Below the pieces are notes generated by a model. That model saw only the letters and a list, made by a program, of their open reading frames with translations, had not been told where the DNA came from and ran no database searches. Position numbers and translations under genes: made by a program. From a virus: DNA of 64,000 nt. The stretch lies in the IMG/VR virus record IMGVR_UViG_3300021197_001787, positions 32,001 through 96,000 of that record. One strand, given 5' to 3'. Positions 56,349 to 63,719 of the stretch are shown here, piece by piece; the stretch's first letter is position 1, and every line of letters begins with the position of its first letter.

Positions 56349-57705
56349 CTTGTTCCTTCATTGATTTAGAACCACGGCATTTCCACTTTTTACGTGATAA
56401 TGCATTCGCACATGGCGGATTCTTACACTTTTTAATTTTTGCTGACCGAGCACAGTATGCATCACCTTTCTTTGTGCCGGGCCTGATACGATCACCACCA
56501 CCTTTTGCTTGTCCTTTTTGGCCAAATGAGCGACATTTACCATTTACACGCTTAGCAAAGCGTTTTCCTTTGGAGGGCTTACAAGCTTTCTTCTTTTTTT
56601 TCTCTTCTAAGCTGTCCATTAAGATAATATCACCATCTTCGTGGACTTTTATATTGTTCGAAGAGTCTATAATCTTGTTTATTTCTTCTTTTGACGCCTT
56701 TGTATGTGTCTTCAGTGCGTCCATACCAGCAGCACCACCTTCATCGCGTAAAGCTTTTATAACTTTTGCTTTTAAATTAGATTTTTTTCCCTCATTTAAA
56801 CTTCCAACCAATGCCTTACCAAGTTCTTCAACCTCATTTGATTTTATTTTGGTTATATCAGTCACAGGTTTATTTAATTGGCGTGCAATTTCTGCTGCGT
56901 GTTTTTTTGCAATATCAGGTGTTAACCAACCAGGAACGTTCTGAAATGAACCCTGAACGCCAGATTCACTTTGGCCTAGGACATCTACGTAGTTTAAATA
57001 TCCGTGTGGCATACCGTCTGCTGGTTCAATCCAATAGTTTGCAATATCCCGGCCGGCCTGTGGTCCGCTACTTTGATTACTCTTTGAGTCACCACTCAAA
57101 GTAGATTTAATTTTATCTAAAAAGCCTTCATGCAAAACTTGAGTCAATTCATCCTCAATCATAATTTCAAGAGATTCTTTCTTAGAATTACCCCAGTTTT
57201 TAGCGCCAACCTTACGACATTTAACAAGAGCACCAGAAGCATAAGCAGATGGCCACACTTTATAGCGTGATTTTACCTTGCGATAGCAAGCATCTTTTTT
57301 ACCAGATGACTTTTTCTTCTTCTTCTTTTTCTTCTTGCGCTTTTCGTCAAGCACTGCTTCAAGTTCTTCTTTGATAATTTGCTCTAAATCCATGTATAAT
57401 TCCTCATTTTTCTTAGATTTCTTTTTAGCTTTTTTACCCCATGATTTGCCCTTACCACGCTCTTTGCAAGCGCCCGGGGTTGGTCTACAAGCAGGGTATT
57501 TCTTACGTTTCTCTCCTGAACCACGTCCACAAGATTTATAACCACCCTTTCCATCAGGTGAATTGCAATCAACCCACCCTTTTTTCTTGCCTTTGGCGCC
57601 TTTTCTACCAAACCAATCTCTTAAAGACGATTCCTTGCTAGATTCAGATCCGGCCTTTTTGCGTTTTTTCTTTTTCTCGTCTAACGGGCCGTATAGATCG
57701 TCCAT
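56332..57705 (-). CDS. Modular Lys/Cys-rich protein (candidate polyprotein)
   Basis: Five modules each preceded by L-x-E (PLDE, VLDE, VLHE, SLNE, SLEE); start ATG 57705 preferred over TTG 57723. Confidence 0.75.
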   Translation of the reverse strand: MDDLYGPLDEKKKKRKKAGSESSKESSLRDWFGRKGAKGKKKGWVDCNSPDGKGGYKSCGRGSGEKRKKYPACRPTPGACKERGKGKSWGKKAKKKSKKNEELYMDLEQIIKEELEAVLDEKRKKKKKKKKKSSGKKDACYRKVKSRYKVWPSAYASGALVKCRKVGAKNWGNSKKESLEIMIEDELTQVLHEGFLDKIKSTLSGDSKSNQSSGPQAGRDIANYWIEPADGMPHGYLNYVDVLGQSESGVQGSFQNVPGWLTPDIAKKHAAEIARQLNKPVTDITKIKSNEVEELGKALVGSLNEGKKSNLKAKVIKALRDEGGAAGMDALKTHTKASKEEINKIIDSSNNIKVHEDGDIILMDSLEEKKKKKACKPSKGKRFAKRVNGKCRSFGQKGQAKGGGDRIRPGTKKGDAYCARSAKIKKCKNPPCANALSRKKWKCRGSKSMKEQDETIN

Positions 57706-57733
57706 AGTAGTTTTAATCCTCAAGGTACTGACT

Positions 57734-57741
57734 TAAATAGT
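57734..57741 (-). promoter_or_regulatory. Candidate late promoter ACTATTTA
   Basis: 29 nt upstream of ATG 57705. Confidence 0.6.
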
Positions 57742-57758
57742 ATGTTTAAGCTTAAGAT

Positions 57759-59456
57759 TTAATCACTATCTCTTACTTTTTCTGTTCCAGTAGCTATATC
57801 TTCTGCATCTGCCTTAGCTTCACCAGCCAGGGAGTCGTCTTCAAGGCCACCGGCCACATAAGCATTTAAGTTTGAGGATAAGTCTTTAAGATCTCTAAAA
57901 ATACTAAAAATCTGGTCATTAACAGCCCCAACAGACGCATCTAACATGTCTTGTAACCCTTGTGCACCAATATTAATAACACCAACTTCAAATTGATCTC
58001 CATAGGGAAAAAGATTATTTTGGTCTGCTATACTGGGTAATTTAGTTAACTGACCTTTCGACAACTCAAACTGTTTATTATTCAGATAACCCTGTGAAGT
58101 CTGCAGTGCTATATTGTAGAGCTGAGGATCTTGTTTCAGATTTTCAAGTACTTTCAATGATTTTTTGACGGGCATAAATTTAAGTTCTTTAAACTTTTCT
58201 GCTCTCGCGGACCCTCTTGCACCAGCTTTTTTACGAGCAGTTGTTGCTTTTTGATAAGCCACATCAATTATCTGATTGATTACAGCAATCTCTGCATCTT
58301 CTAGTCCCATTTGACCCAGCATTTGGTTTTTCAATTTTACAGGAAAGTTTACATAACCAAATCGTTTATTATTGCTTACAAAAGTATAGTCTTTCATATC
58401 TACAATGTTAGCTAATTCAGCTGCAAGATTCATCTTGGCTGGTTCAATTCCTTTCGCTGCAGCTAGTTCGTTTGCTATATTTATAAATGCGTCAACAACT
58501 GGTTTTAAATCTACAAAAGTAGCGGCCGGTAGTGTAAGAAAATCTTCCAAGCCGCCTGGCCCAGTATTTTGGAGACCAGCGCGCAGGTCCTCAATTGATT
58601 CCGAAAACTTTGTCGGTATTTTAATAAGGTCTAATTCTTTTGGCTTCAGGCCGAGAATTTGTATAAAGTTGTCTCTAGTAAAATTGAAGGCATAGAAATT
58701 TAGTTTACCTGTTTGTTCAAGGCCACTACCATTCAAATCTTTTGTTACAACAACATATTCCATAAAGCCTGCATCAATCTCACCTTTGCCTGTTAAATCA
58801 TCAACCAACTGTTTATAAGAACCGCCGACTTTCAATGAACCTTCTTTATAGAGTTTAAGAGAAATCGGTCGACCTCCTTGGCTGATCACGATATCGGCAA
58901 TAGTGCCGGCACCGCCAGCCGGAATTTGTTTTCCAGTTTCAGCATCGAGAAGTACAGCCAAAAAGGATTCAAAAGCGAAGCCTGCAGATGAAGCATTAAA
59001 GTTGGTGATAATATTAGTCAAAGTTTTATAAAATACAAGGTTAGAAATAACATTCTTAATCTGCTGTCCCGGAGTATCTCCTTGCGCCTCGGGCACCGGA
59101 TTTTCGTAATAAGCGTTCAACGCTTCAATTTTAGAACTTAATTCTCCGCCGGGCGCAATGTTGTTAAGGAATTGTGCTAAGTCCTGGCCAGCCGCAGTTC
59201 TGACTTCCTTCCCTTCACCGTCAGGAGTAGCTAAAGAACCCCACCCAATCTCAGTGATTGGAAGAGTAGGAATAAGGTCAATGGTAAGTTTTTGAGACTT
59301 TCTACCTTTTTGTTTTTCTTGTATAACATCTGGCACCAGATATTGTGATATGGGAAGCTCCATGACCTCTGCTACCATTTCTAACAAACTTTCCATATTT
59401 ATAGTTGTTTGCTTTTTGCTGTATTCTTCGTTGAGAATTGATTTTAAGTCTGACAT
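57759..59456 (-). CDS. Hypothetical protein, possible PD-(D/E)xK nuclease-like core
   Basis: AGFAFESFLA...TIADIV...ISLKLY could be an E...D...SxK active site; weak. Confidence 0.55.
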   Translation of the reverse strand: MSDLKSILNEEYSKKQTTINMESLLEMVAEVMELPISQYLVPDVIQEKQKGRKSQKLTIDLIPTLPITEIGWGSLATPDGEGKEVRTAAGQDLAQFLNNIAPGGELSSKIEALNAYYENPVPEAQGDTPGQQIKNVISNLVFYKTLTNIITNFNASSAGFAFESFLAVLLDAETGKQIPAGGAGTIADIVISQGGRPISLKLYKEGSLKVGGSYKQLVDDLTGKGEIDAGFMEYVVVTKDLNGSGLEQTGKLNFYAFNFTRDNFIQILGLKPKELDLIKIPTKFSESIEDLRAGLQNTGPGGLEDFLTLPAATFVDLKPVVDAFINIANELAAAKGIEPAKMNLAAELANIVDMKDYTFVSNNKRFGYVNFPVKLKNQMLGQMGLEDAEIAVINQIIDVAYQKATTARKKAGARGSARAEKFKELKFMPVKKSLKVLENLKQDPQLYNIALQTSQGYLNNKQFELSKGQLTKLPSIADQNNLFPYGDQFEVGVINIGAQGLQDMLDASVGAVNDQIFSIFRDLKDLSSNLNAYVAGGLEDDSLAGEAKADAEDIATGTEKVRDSD

Positions 59457-59479
59457 TATATAATCCTATTATGTGTGTA

Positions 59480-59487
59480 TAAGTAGT
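59480..59487 (-). promoter_or_regulatory. Candidate late promoter ACTACTTA
   Basis: 24 nt upstream of ATG 59456. Confidence 0.6.
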
Positions 59488-59493
59488 TTTATT

Positions 59494-60222
59494 TTAACAG
59501 AATTTCATCTTGTTGTATTTACAAATTAATTTAATTGGCTTTTCAATATCTAGTTTTTGTACTGGCACCACCCAAATCATATCTTCTACAATTGCAATGT
59601 TGGGATAATATTCAACATCAACGCCCCATAGGACGCCTACTACTTCTCCAGATTTGTTATAAATTACTGAACCTGAACACCCAAACCAACCATAGGTGTG
59701 CAAAATTATTTGCTTGCCAGAATCTGGTTTATCCTCATAACCAGCGACACGACCACGAATTGTCATAAGTTTATGAGAGGACGGAAAGCCAGAATATGTT
59801 ATACGATCAGATATGTCAGCTATATTTTTCATTGGCTTATATTTCATTGGCTCAAAAAATCTAAATTTGTCTGCAACATATAATACTGCTATATCATCCT
59901 TTGCACTTGAATAAACTAAAGTTGTCTGTTTGTATTCTTCGCCTTTCGCAACAGTATAATTGGTGCCCAAAGGTCCGTCAGCTACATGTTGCGCTGTGAG
60001 GACAAAATAAAATCCTTTGTGTACTAAATAAGAACCGGATCCGTGCCCGCCATTAGCTAAGACTTTTACGGCCGCGGCCCTAACTTTTAATTCCACTTTT
60101 GAAAAAGAAGTGTTGACAGATTCAACAATAACAGCAGAAGACTCATTGGTGTTGTTTGTTTGAGGTATCTCTACCGGTGTAGCCCCCATTAACATAGCTA
60201 CAAACAATAATAAATTTTTCAT
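59494..60222 (-). CDS. Trypsin-like serine protease (S1) with signal peptide
   Basis: GSG, LTAQHV (His), DDIAVL (Asp), FGCSGS (Ser); hydrophobic N-terminus. Confidence 0.85.
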   Translation of the reverse strand: MKNLLLFVAMLMGATPVEIPQTNNTNESSAVIVESVNTSFSKVELKVRAAAVKVLANGGHGSGSYLVHKGFYFVLTAQHVADGPLGTNYTVAKGEEYKQTTLVYSSAKDDIAVLYVADKFRFFEPMKYKPMKNIADISDRITYSGFPSSHKLMTIRGRVAGYEDKPDSGKQIILHTYGWFGCSGSVIYNKSGEVVGVLWGVDVEYYPNIAIVEDMIWVVPVQKLDIEKPIKLICKYNKMKFC

Positions 60223-60269
60223 TTTTTGCCCCTTATAATTTAATTGCTTACTCCATTAACTAGATTACC

Positions 60270-60509
60270 TTATGCTTTAGAAACTATTTCTAACGAAGTA
60301 AAGCCATAATCAAAAATAAGATTTTCATTTAAGATTAAAACACGAACATACGGAAACATTGTTTCTTGTTGCGTTATCGCCTTATGTAAGACAATGCCTA
60401 ATTTGTTTTTGTTAACTTTAACAAGATCGCCTACACTATAGGAACTCATCCACCCATTTTCTGTAATATGGAAACCATCTTCGCTATGGTATTCTTTCAT
60501 TCTGCTCAA
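60270..60509 (-). CDS. Small KOW/SH3-like hypothetical protein
   Basis: YSVGDLVKV..KLGIVL. Confidence 0.65.
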   Translation of the reverse strand: MSRMKEYHSEDGFHITENGWMSSYSVGDLVKVNKNKLGIVLHKAITQQETMFPYVRVLILNENLIFDYGFTSLEIVSKA

Positions 60510-60807
60510 CTGAGTGCCACTCCACTGTTCCTATGGCGATAGAGAATTTCAGTCCCTCTTCTTCCATGATTGTGTTAACTTTTTCCGAATCAGGCTTATT
60601 GTTCTTAAAAAGCTTTACTTCCCAAAGATATACATCATCCTTGATCATATCAATATGATGTATACGATTCACCAAAGTGCCTTTTATATTTGCCATATGA
60701 TCAAAAATAATATCGCCGACATTCAATGTAACCTTTTCTGCCTCAGCACGCAACAATTCCAAGTCATTCTGGTTTTTCAACATTACATGGCTCCATTCTT
60801 CCAGCAT
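60484..60807 (-). CDS. Small KOW/SH3-like hypothetical protein
   Basis: LNVGDII...KGTLV...LWEVKLF; start may be 60783. Confidence 0.65.
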   Translation of the reverse strand: MLEEWSHVMLKNQNDLELLRAEAEKVTLNVGDIIFDHMANIKGTLVNRIHHIDMIKDDVYLWEVKLFKNNKPDSEKVNTIMEEEGLKFSIAIGTVEWHSVEQNERIP

Positions 60808-61036
60808 TAATCATACCAAGTAAACCAATTTCAGTATACACTTGATTTCTATTGGTGTTATCGGTACAGGGTCCAGTCCATAAAATGTCCCAAGCCCAAA
60901 CCGGTTCGGAATCTTCCCAATCGGACATAACGTTGTGCCGTGTGACCAAAACACCTATATCTTTACTCATGACGTCCTTGAAAACCATTCCTGCGTGTAG
61001 ATCATCTGGATAATATCTATTTGCGTAATACATCAT
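60764..61036 (-). CDS. Small KOW/SH3-like hypothetical protein
   Basis: LHAGMVF...IGVLV...WDILW. Confidence 0.65.
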   Translation of the reverse strand: MMYYANRYYPDDLHAGMVFKDVMSKDIGVLVTRHNVMSDWEDSEPVWAWDILWTGPCTDNTNRNQVYTEIGLLGMINAGRMEPCNVEKPE

Positions 61037-61337
61037 AATAATTAGCTTCGGATATGCTTATCAGGAGCCAATTATTAGTTGGTTGCACACAGTCATAAGT
61101 AAAATATTTGATTTTTTTGCTAGCAATATTAGAAGAAGTACCAAAATTGCACTCGTTTTTAGGATACAAATCCGGCGGTGGAGTGTCAACAACCGGACTT
61201 TTGTTTAAAGGCATAGCATGCGGCACCGGCGCCACGTAAACCGGGAAATGGTTGGCGCTAAAGATAGTGCCGGCCAAAGACACCACAACAAGAATTATTT
61301 GTGATAACGAATTCATTTCTCTAAAAAAATTTTTCAT
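61017..61337 (-). CDS. Hypothetical membrane-anchored/secreted protein
   Basis: N-terminal hydrophobic helix IILVVVSLAGTIF; Pro-rich linker; two Cys. Confidence 0.65.
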   Translation of the reverse strand: MKNFFREMNSLSQIILVVVSLAGTIFSANHFPVYVAPVPHAMPLNKSPVVDTPPPDLYPKNECNFGTSSNIASKKIKYFTYDCVQPTNNWLLISISEANYYDVLRK

Positions 61338-61355
61338 CCTTGTTTAGTGAGATAA

Positions 61356-61628
61356 TCAGACTTTTATGCGATCAATGATGTAAGGATGTTGTAAGGACAA
61401 GTCTTTATACAGCCTTTTGAGAACTTTCTTTGATACATCCCCAATTTGTTCTTTTGTAGCGGAAGAATCAAGCTCTTTTCTAACCTCTTTTTCAATCATC
61501 GCCTTGAGATCAGCATTTTTAATGGCGGCCTCGGCCTCTTTAGCAGCAATTTTTTTGATTTGCGCTTTATCAGCATTATCAAGCTCTTCGATAATGAGTT
61601 GTTTTAATTTTGTTGTTGTAAGTTTCAT
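61356..61628 (-). CDS. Hypothetical helical protein (LKQLIIEEL motif)
   Basis: MKLTTTKLKQLIIEEL; ACTATTTA motif upstream. Confidence 0.75.
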   Translation of the reverse strand: MKLTTTKLKQLIIEELDNADKAQIKKIAAKEAEAAIKNADLKAMIEKEVRKELDSSATKEQIGDVSKKVLKRLYKDLSLQHPYIIDRIKV

Positions 61629-61658
61629 GTTTATTTAAACCAAAAATTTTTCCACTTT

Positions 61659-61666
61659 TAAATAGT
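61659..61666 (-). promoter_or_regulatory. Candidate late promoter ACTATTTA
   Basis: 31 nt upstream of ATG 61628. Confidence 0.6.
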
Positions 61667-61833
61667 TCGCCAAACGCAGTTTCTTCCGTAAAATTTTCCT
61701 TTGCGCTTACAATACTTACAATTCACTCACAATCGCAGAACGCAGTGAACCAGCATAATCTAACACAACCAACACAGAAAAGGCAGTATAAGCGATTTAA
61801 ACCACCTTTAACGTGCAATTAGTAAGCCACAGC

Positions 61834-62136
61834 TTATGGACTCTTCACCATCGCAGCTCCAAGGGCGTCATAGGCGAGCTTTTCGTCTAATCGCACAAGC
61901 TCGCTTTCATAATGGTACGATAAATTGCCCTTTATATCGGGCGTCTTGTTGAACCACTTTATTCCACACAGCACGTAGCGACCTGTAATCCCCCTTTCCA
62001 CGATTTCTACGATGGTGCCCCATGATGACGTGCTTTTAACGAACGGTTCCATGACAGTGAAAGTCACAACATCCCCCAACTTTACTCTCGTTTCTTTCGC
62101 CTTCTTGATTTTATTGTTAAGCGTGCTCATTGGCAA
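61834..62136 (-). CDS. Small KOW/SH3-like hypothetical protein
   Basis: VKLGDVVTF...WGTIVEI...IKWF. Confidence 0.65.
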   Translation of the reverse strand: MPMSTLNNKIKKAKETRVKLGDVVTFTVMEPFVKSTSSWGTIVEIVERGITGRYVLCGIKWFNKTPDIKGNLSYHYESELVRLDEKLAYDALGAAMVKSP

Positions 62137-62387
62137 GTTAGCCTTAAGTGATCACGTATCTCAGTCGTTTTTTTAGCCGCTTTAAACCAAAATATTGTAT
62201 ACGTACGATATATTGAGCCGCCCGTATACCCTGCCGTGGAACTGCTCTTTTCTATTACAACACCCAGTGACCCATCCCTGGCCTCATCATAAATCATGAA
62301 GTCTGGTGTATAGCTATACCCACAAAACGTAACCAAGTCCCCCACGTCTAGTTCTTCTAGATGTATATTGTAATCATCGATGCCCAC
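62127..62387 (-). CDS. Small KOW/SH3-like hypothetical protein
   Basis: LDVGDLVTF...LGVVIE...IFWF; GTG start. Confidence 0.65.
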   Translation of the reverse strand: MGIDDYNIHLEELDVGDLVTFCGYSYTPDFMIYDEARDGSLGVVIEKSSSTAGYTGGSIYRTYTIFWFKAAKKTTEIRDHLRLTCQ

Positions 62388-62509
62388 ATAAGTAATTATC
62401 TGGGAAATTTTTACTGGCGTATTTTTTAAACTCAGAAATCTGCAGCCGTATCGTGAACGTACTTAGTCGGCCTCCAGACGCACGCCGGATACATAGAGAC
62501 ATACATTCC

Positions 62510-62540
62510 GGTGGTGGGGGGGTAGGGGGGTACCCCCGCC
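62510..62540. other. G-tract element with GGGGGTACCCCC palindrome
   Basis: Plus strand GGTGGTGGGGGGGTAGGGGGGTACCCCCGCC in an otherwise AT-rich genome; perfect 12-bp palindrome at 62526-62537. Confidence 0.9.
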
Positions 62541-62543
62541 TCC

Positions 62544-62583
62544 TGTCAAGCTCCTGTCAAAAGATATGTCAGCATGCTGTCAA
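62544..62583. repeat. Phased array of four TGTCA boxes
   Basis: TGTCA at 62544, 62555, 62567, 62578 (11/12/11-bp spacing). Confidence 0.9.
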
Positions 62584-62829
62584 TTATCGTCGGGTATGTT
62601 TAACATAGTGTTTGCATCCGTCATATAATACATACACGTATATAAACAACACGACTGGTGTATAGGCTGCAATGATAATGGACTTTGAACCTACCTTATT
62701 TATTATGTTCTTTATTCTCGGCATACAATCATAGTGTTTTATTTGTTTTACTCTCGGCCAATCCCTACATGTAGTGTCGCATATGTATTGAGACAGGGGG
62801 ATTTGCCTATCACTCGCACAAGCAGACAC
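62584..62829 (-). CDS. Hypothetical membrane protein (true start probably 62724)
   Basis: TM IIIAAYTPVVLFIYVYVLY; the N-terminal extension in the ORF track looks non-coding. Confidence 0.45.
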   Translation of the reverse strand: MSACASDRQIPLSQYICDTTCRDWPRVKQIKHYDCMPRIKNIINKVGSKSIIIAAYTPVVLFIYVYVLYDGCKHYVKHTRR

Positions 62830-62862
62830 TATATGTAGTGTGTCGTATATAGTGTGATGCGG

Positions 62863-62931
62863 TCACAGCGCCATCACTGCGATAAAAAGGATGGTGATAA
62901 TCAGGCTGCCGGCAATGTCGTCGATGGTCAT
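62863..62931 (-). CDS. 22-aa hydrophobic peptide (absent from ORF track)
   Basis: MTIDDIAGSLIITILFIAVMAL; AAGGAG RBS and a near-perfect promoter immediately upstream. Confidence 0.7.
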   Translation of the reverse strand: MTIDDIAGSLIITILFIAVMAL

Positions 62932-62956
62932 ATAGTTCTCTCCTTACTATGATTAT

Positions 62957-62985
62957 ATTATACCAGTTCTCGCGCGTTAAGTCAA
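62957..62985 (-). promoter_or_regulatory. Strong sigma70 promoter
   Basis: Minus strand TTGACT-N17-TATAAT with TG extension. Confidence 0.88.
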
Positions 62986-62987
62986 GC

Positions 62988-63010
62988 TGTCACATGTCAA
63001 AAGAATGTCA
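62988..63010. repeat. Second TGTCA cluster
   Basis: TGTCA at 62988, 62995, 63006; TGTCAAAAGAATGTCA closely resembles TGTCAAAAGATATGTCA at 62555-62571. Confidence 0.8.
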
Positions 63011-63097
63011 AGCGCATAAGTAGTTGGAATCGTTGGTGATACACGGCATTGTAAGTCATTGATATACTGCATCTTTCCTGTCACATGAACTCACACA

Positions 63098-63126
63098 TTG
63101 ACAAACAGTGTGTAAGGGTCTATATA
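63098..63126 (+). promoter_or_regulatory. Candidate plus-strand sigma70 promoter (antisense to flanking genes)
   Basis: Plus strand TTGACA-N17-TATATA. Confidence 0.5.
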
Positions 63127-63212
63127 TTAAATCTAAACACACAAACAGTCACATTAAAACAGAACAATATAATACACACCGCATTGTCTGACACATAACT
63201 ACGCACATAACA

Positions 63213-63404
63213 CTAACCACCAACAGCCACTATAGGATTATACAGGCCATCTACTACAGGTATAGCAATCGTCTGTATGCATTTAAGAGAGTTATTATAT
63301 AATGTATAGTTATTCTCATCCTTGTCTACTACAACACAATAGCCCTTTGCGCTGTTAGTTATATTATATTTACTTATGAGTTCTCCGGCCTTAAACATCT
63401 TCAC
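63213..63404 (-). CDS. Small KOW/SH3-like hypothetical protein
   Basis: FKAGELI...GYCVVV. Confidence 0.6.
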   Translation of the reverse strand: MKMFKAGELISKYNITNSAKGYCVVVDKDENNYTLYNNSLKCIQTIAIPVVDGLYNPIVAVGG

Positions 63405-63714
63405 AGTCCTTGGCTAATACGTCAGCTTCAACCGCCTGTTTCGTCATCTCAGCAATATCAGCAACTGTTAGTTTAACTTCTTTTCTATGTTTATTCTGTT
63501 CTCTCACGAGTTTATTGTAACGCTTCTTCTCGTATGCATTTACATGTAGGTTCTCAATACCCAACGCTTCCAGCTTTGACTTGAATAGTTTAACATCTTG
63601 TAGTCTCGCTGAGTCTTTGCCTACTCTTGAATCCGCGCGAGTTATGACGACTTCGCGAAAGTTCAAACGGCCTTCAACCATTTTAAGTATTGTTTGAGAG
63701 ATATAGTATTTCAT
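63391..63714 (-). CDS. Hypothetical protein
   Basis: 107-aa basic/helical ORF. Confidence 0.7.
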   Translation of the reverse strand: MKYYISQTILKMVEGRLNFREVVITRADSRVGKDSARLQDVKLFKSKLEALGIENLHVNAYEKKRYNKLVREQNKHRKEVKLTVADIAEMTKQAVEADVLAKDCEDV

Positions 63715-63719
63715 AATAA

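Noticed and set aside
2232-61638. All plus-strand ORFs and nested alternate-frame minus-strand ORFs in the track (e.g. 4069-4275, 40631-41029, 45821-46207, 56474-56944, 58405-58695)
   Set aside because: They lie antisense to or inside well-supported genes, lack RBSs and recognisable motifs, and look like shadow ORFs.
61723-61818. 31-aa Cys-rich ORF (TTG start; HVKGGLNRLYCLFCVGCVRLCWFTAFCDCE)
   Set aside because: No RBS, weak start codon, and the TG-rich strand composition alone generates Cys codons; unlike 52459-52581 it is not coupled to neighbouring genes.
63149-63208. 19-aa Cys/Met-rich ORF (MCVVMCQTMRCVLYCSVLM)
   Set aside because: Low-complexity TG-rich sequence without an RBS; most likely a compositional artefact.
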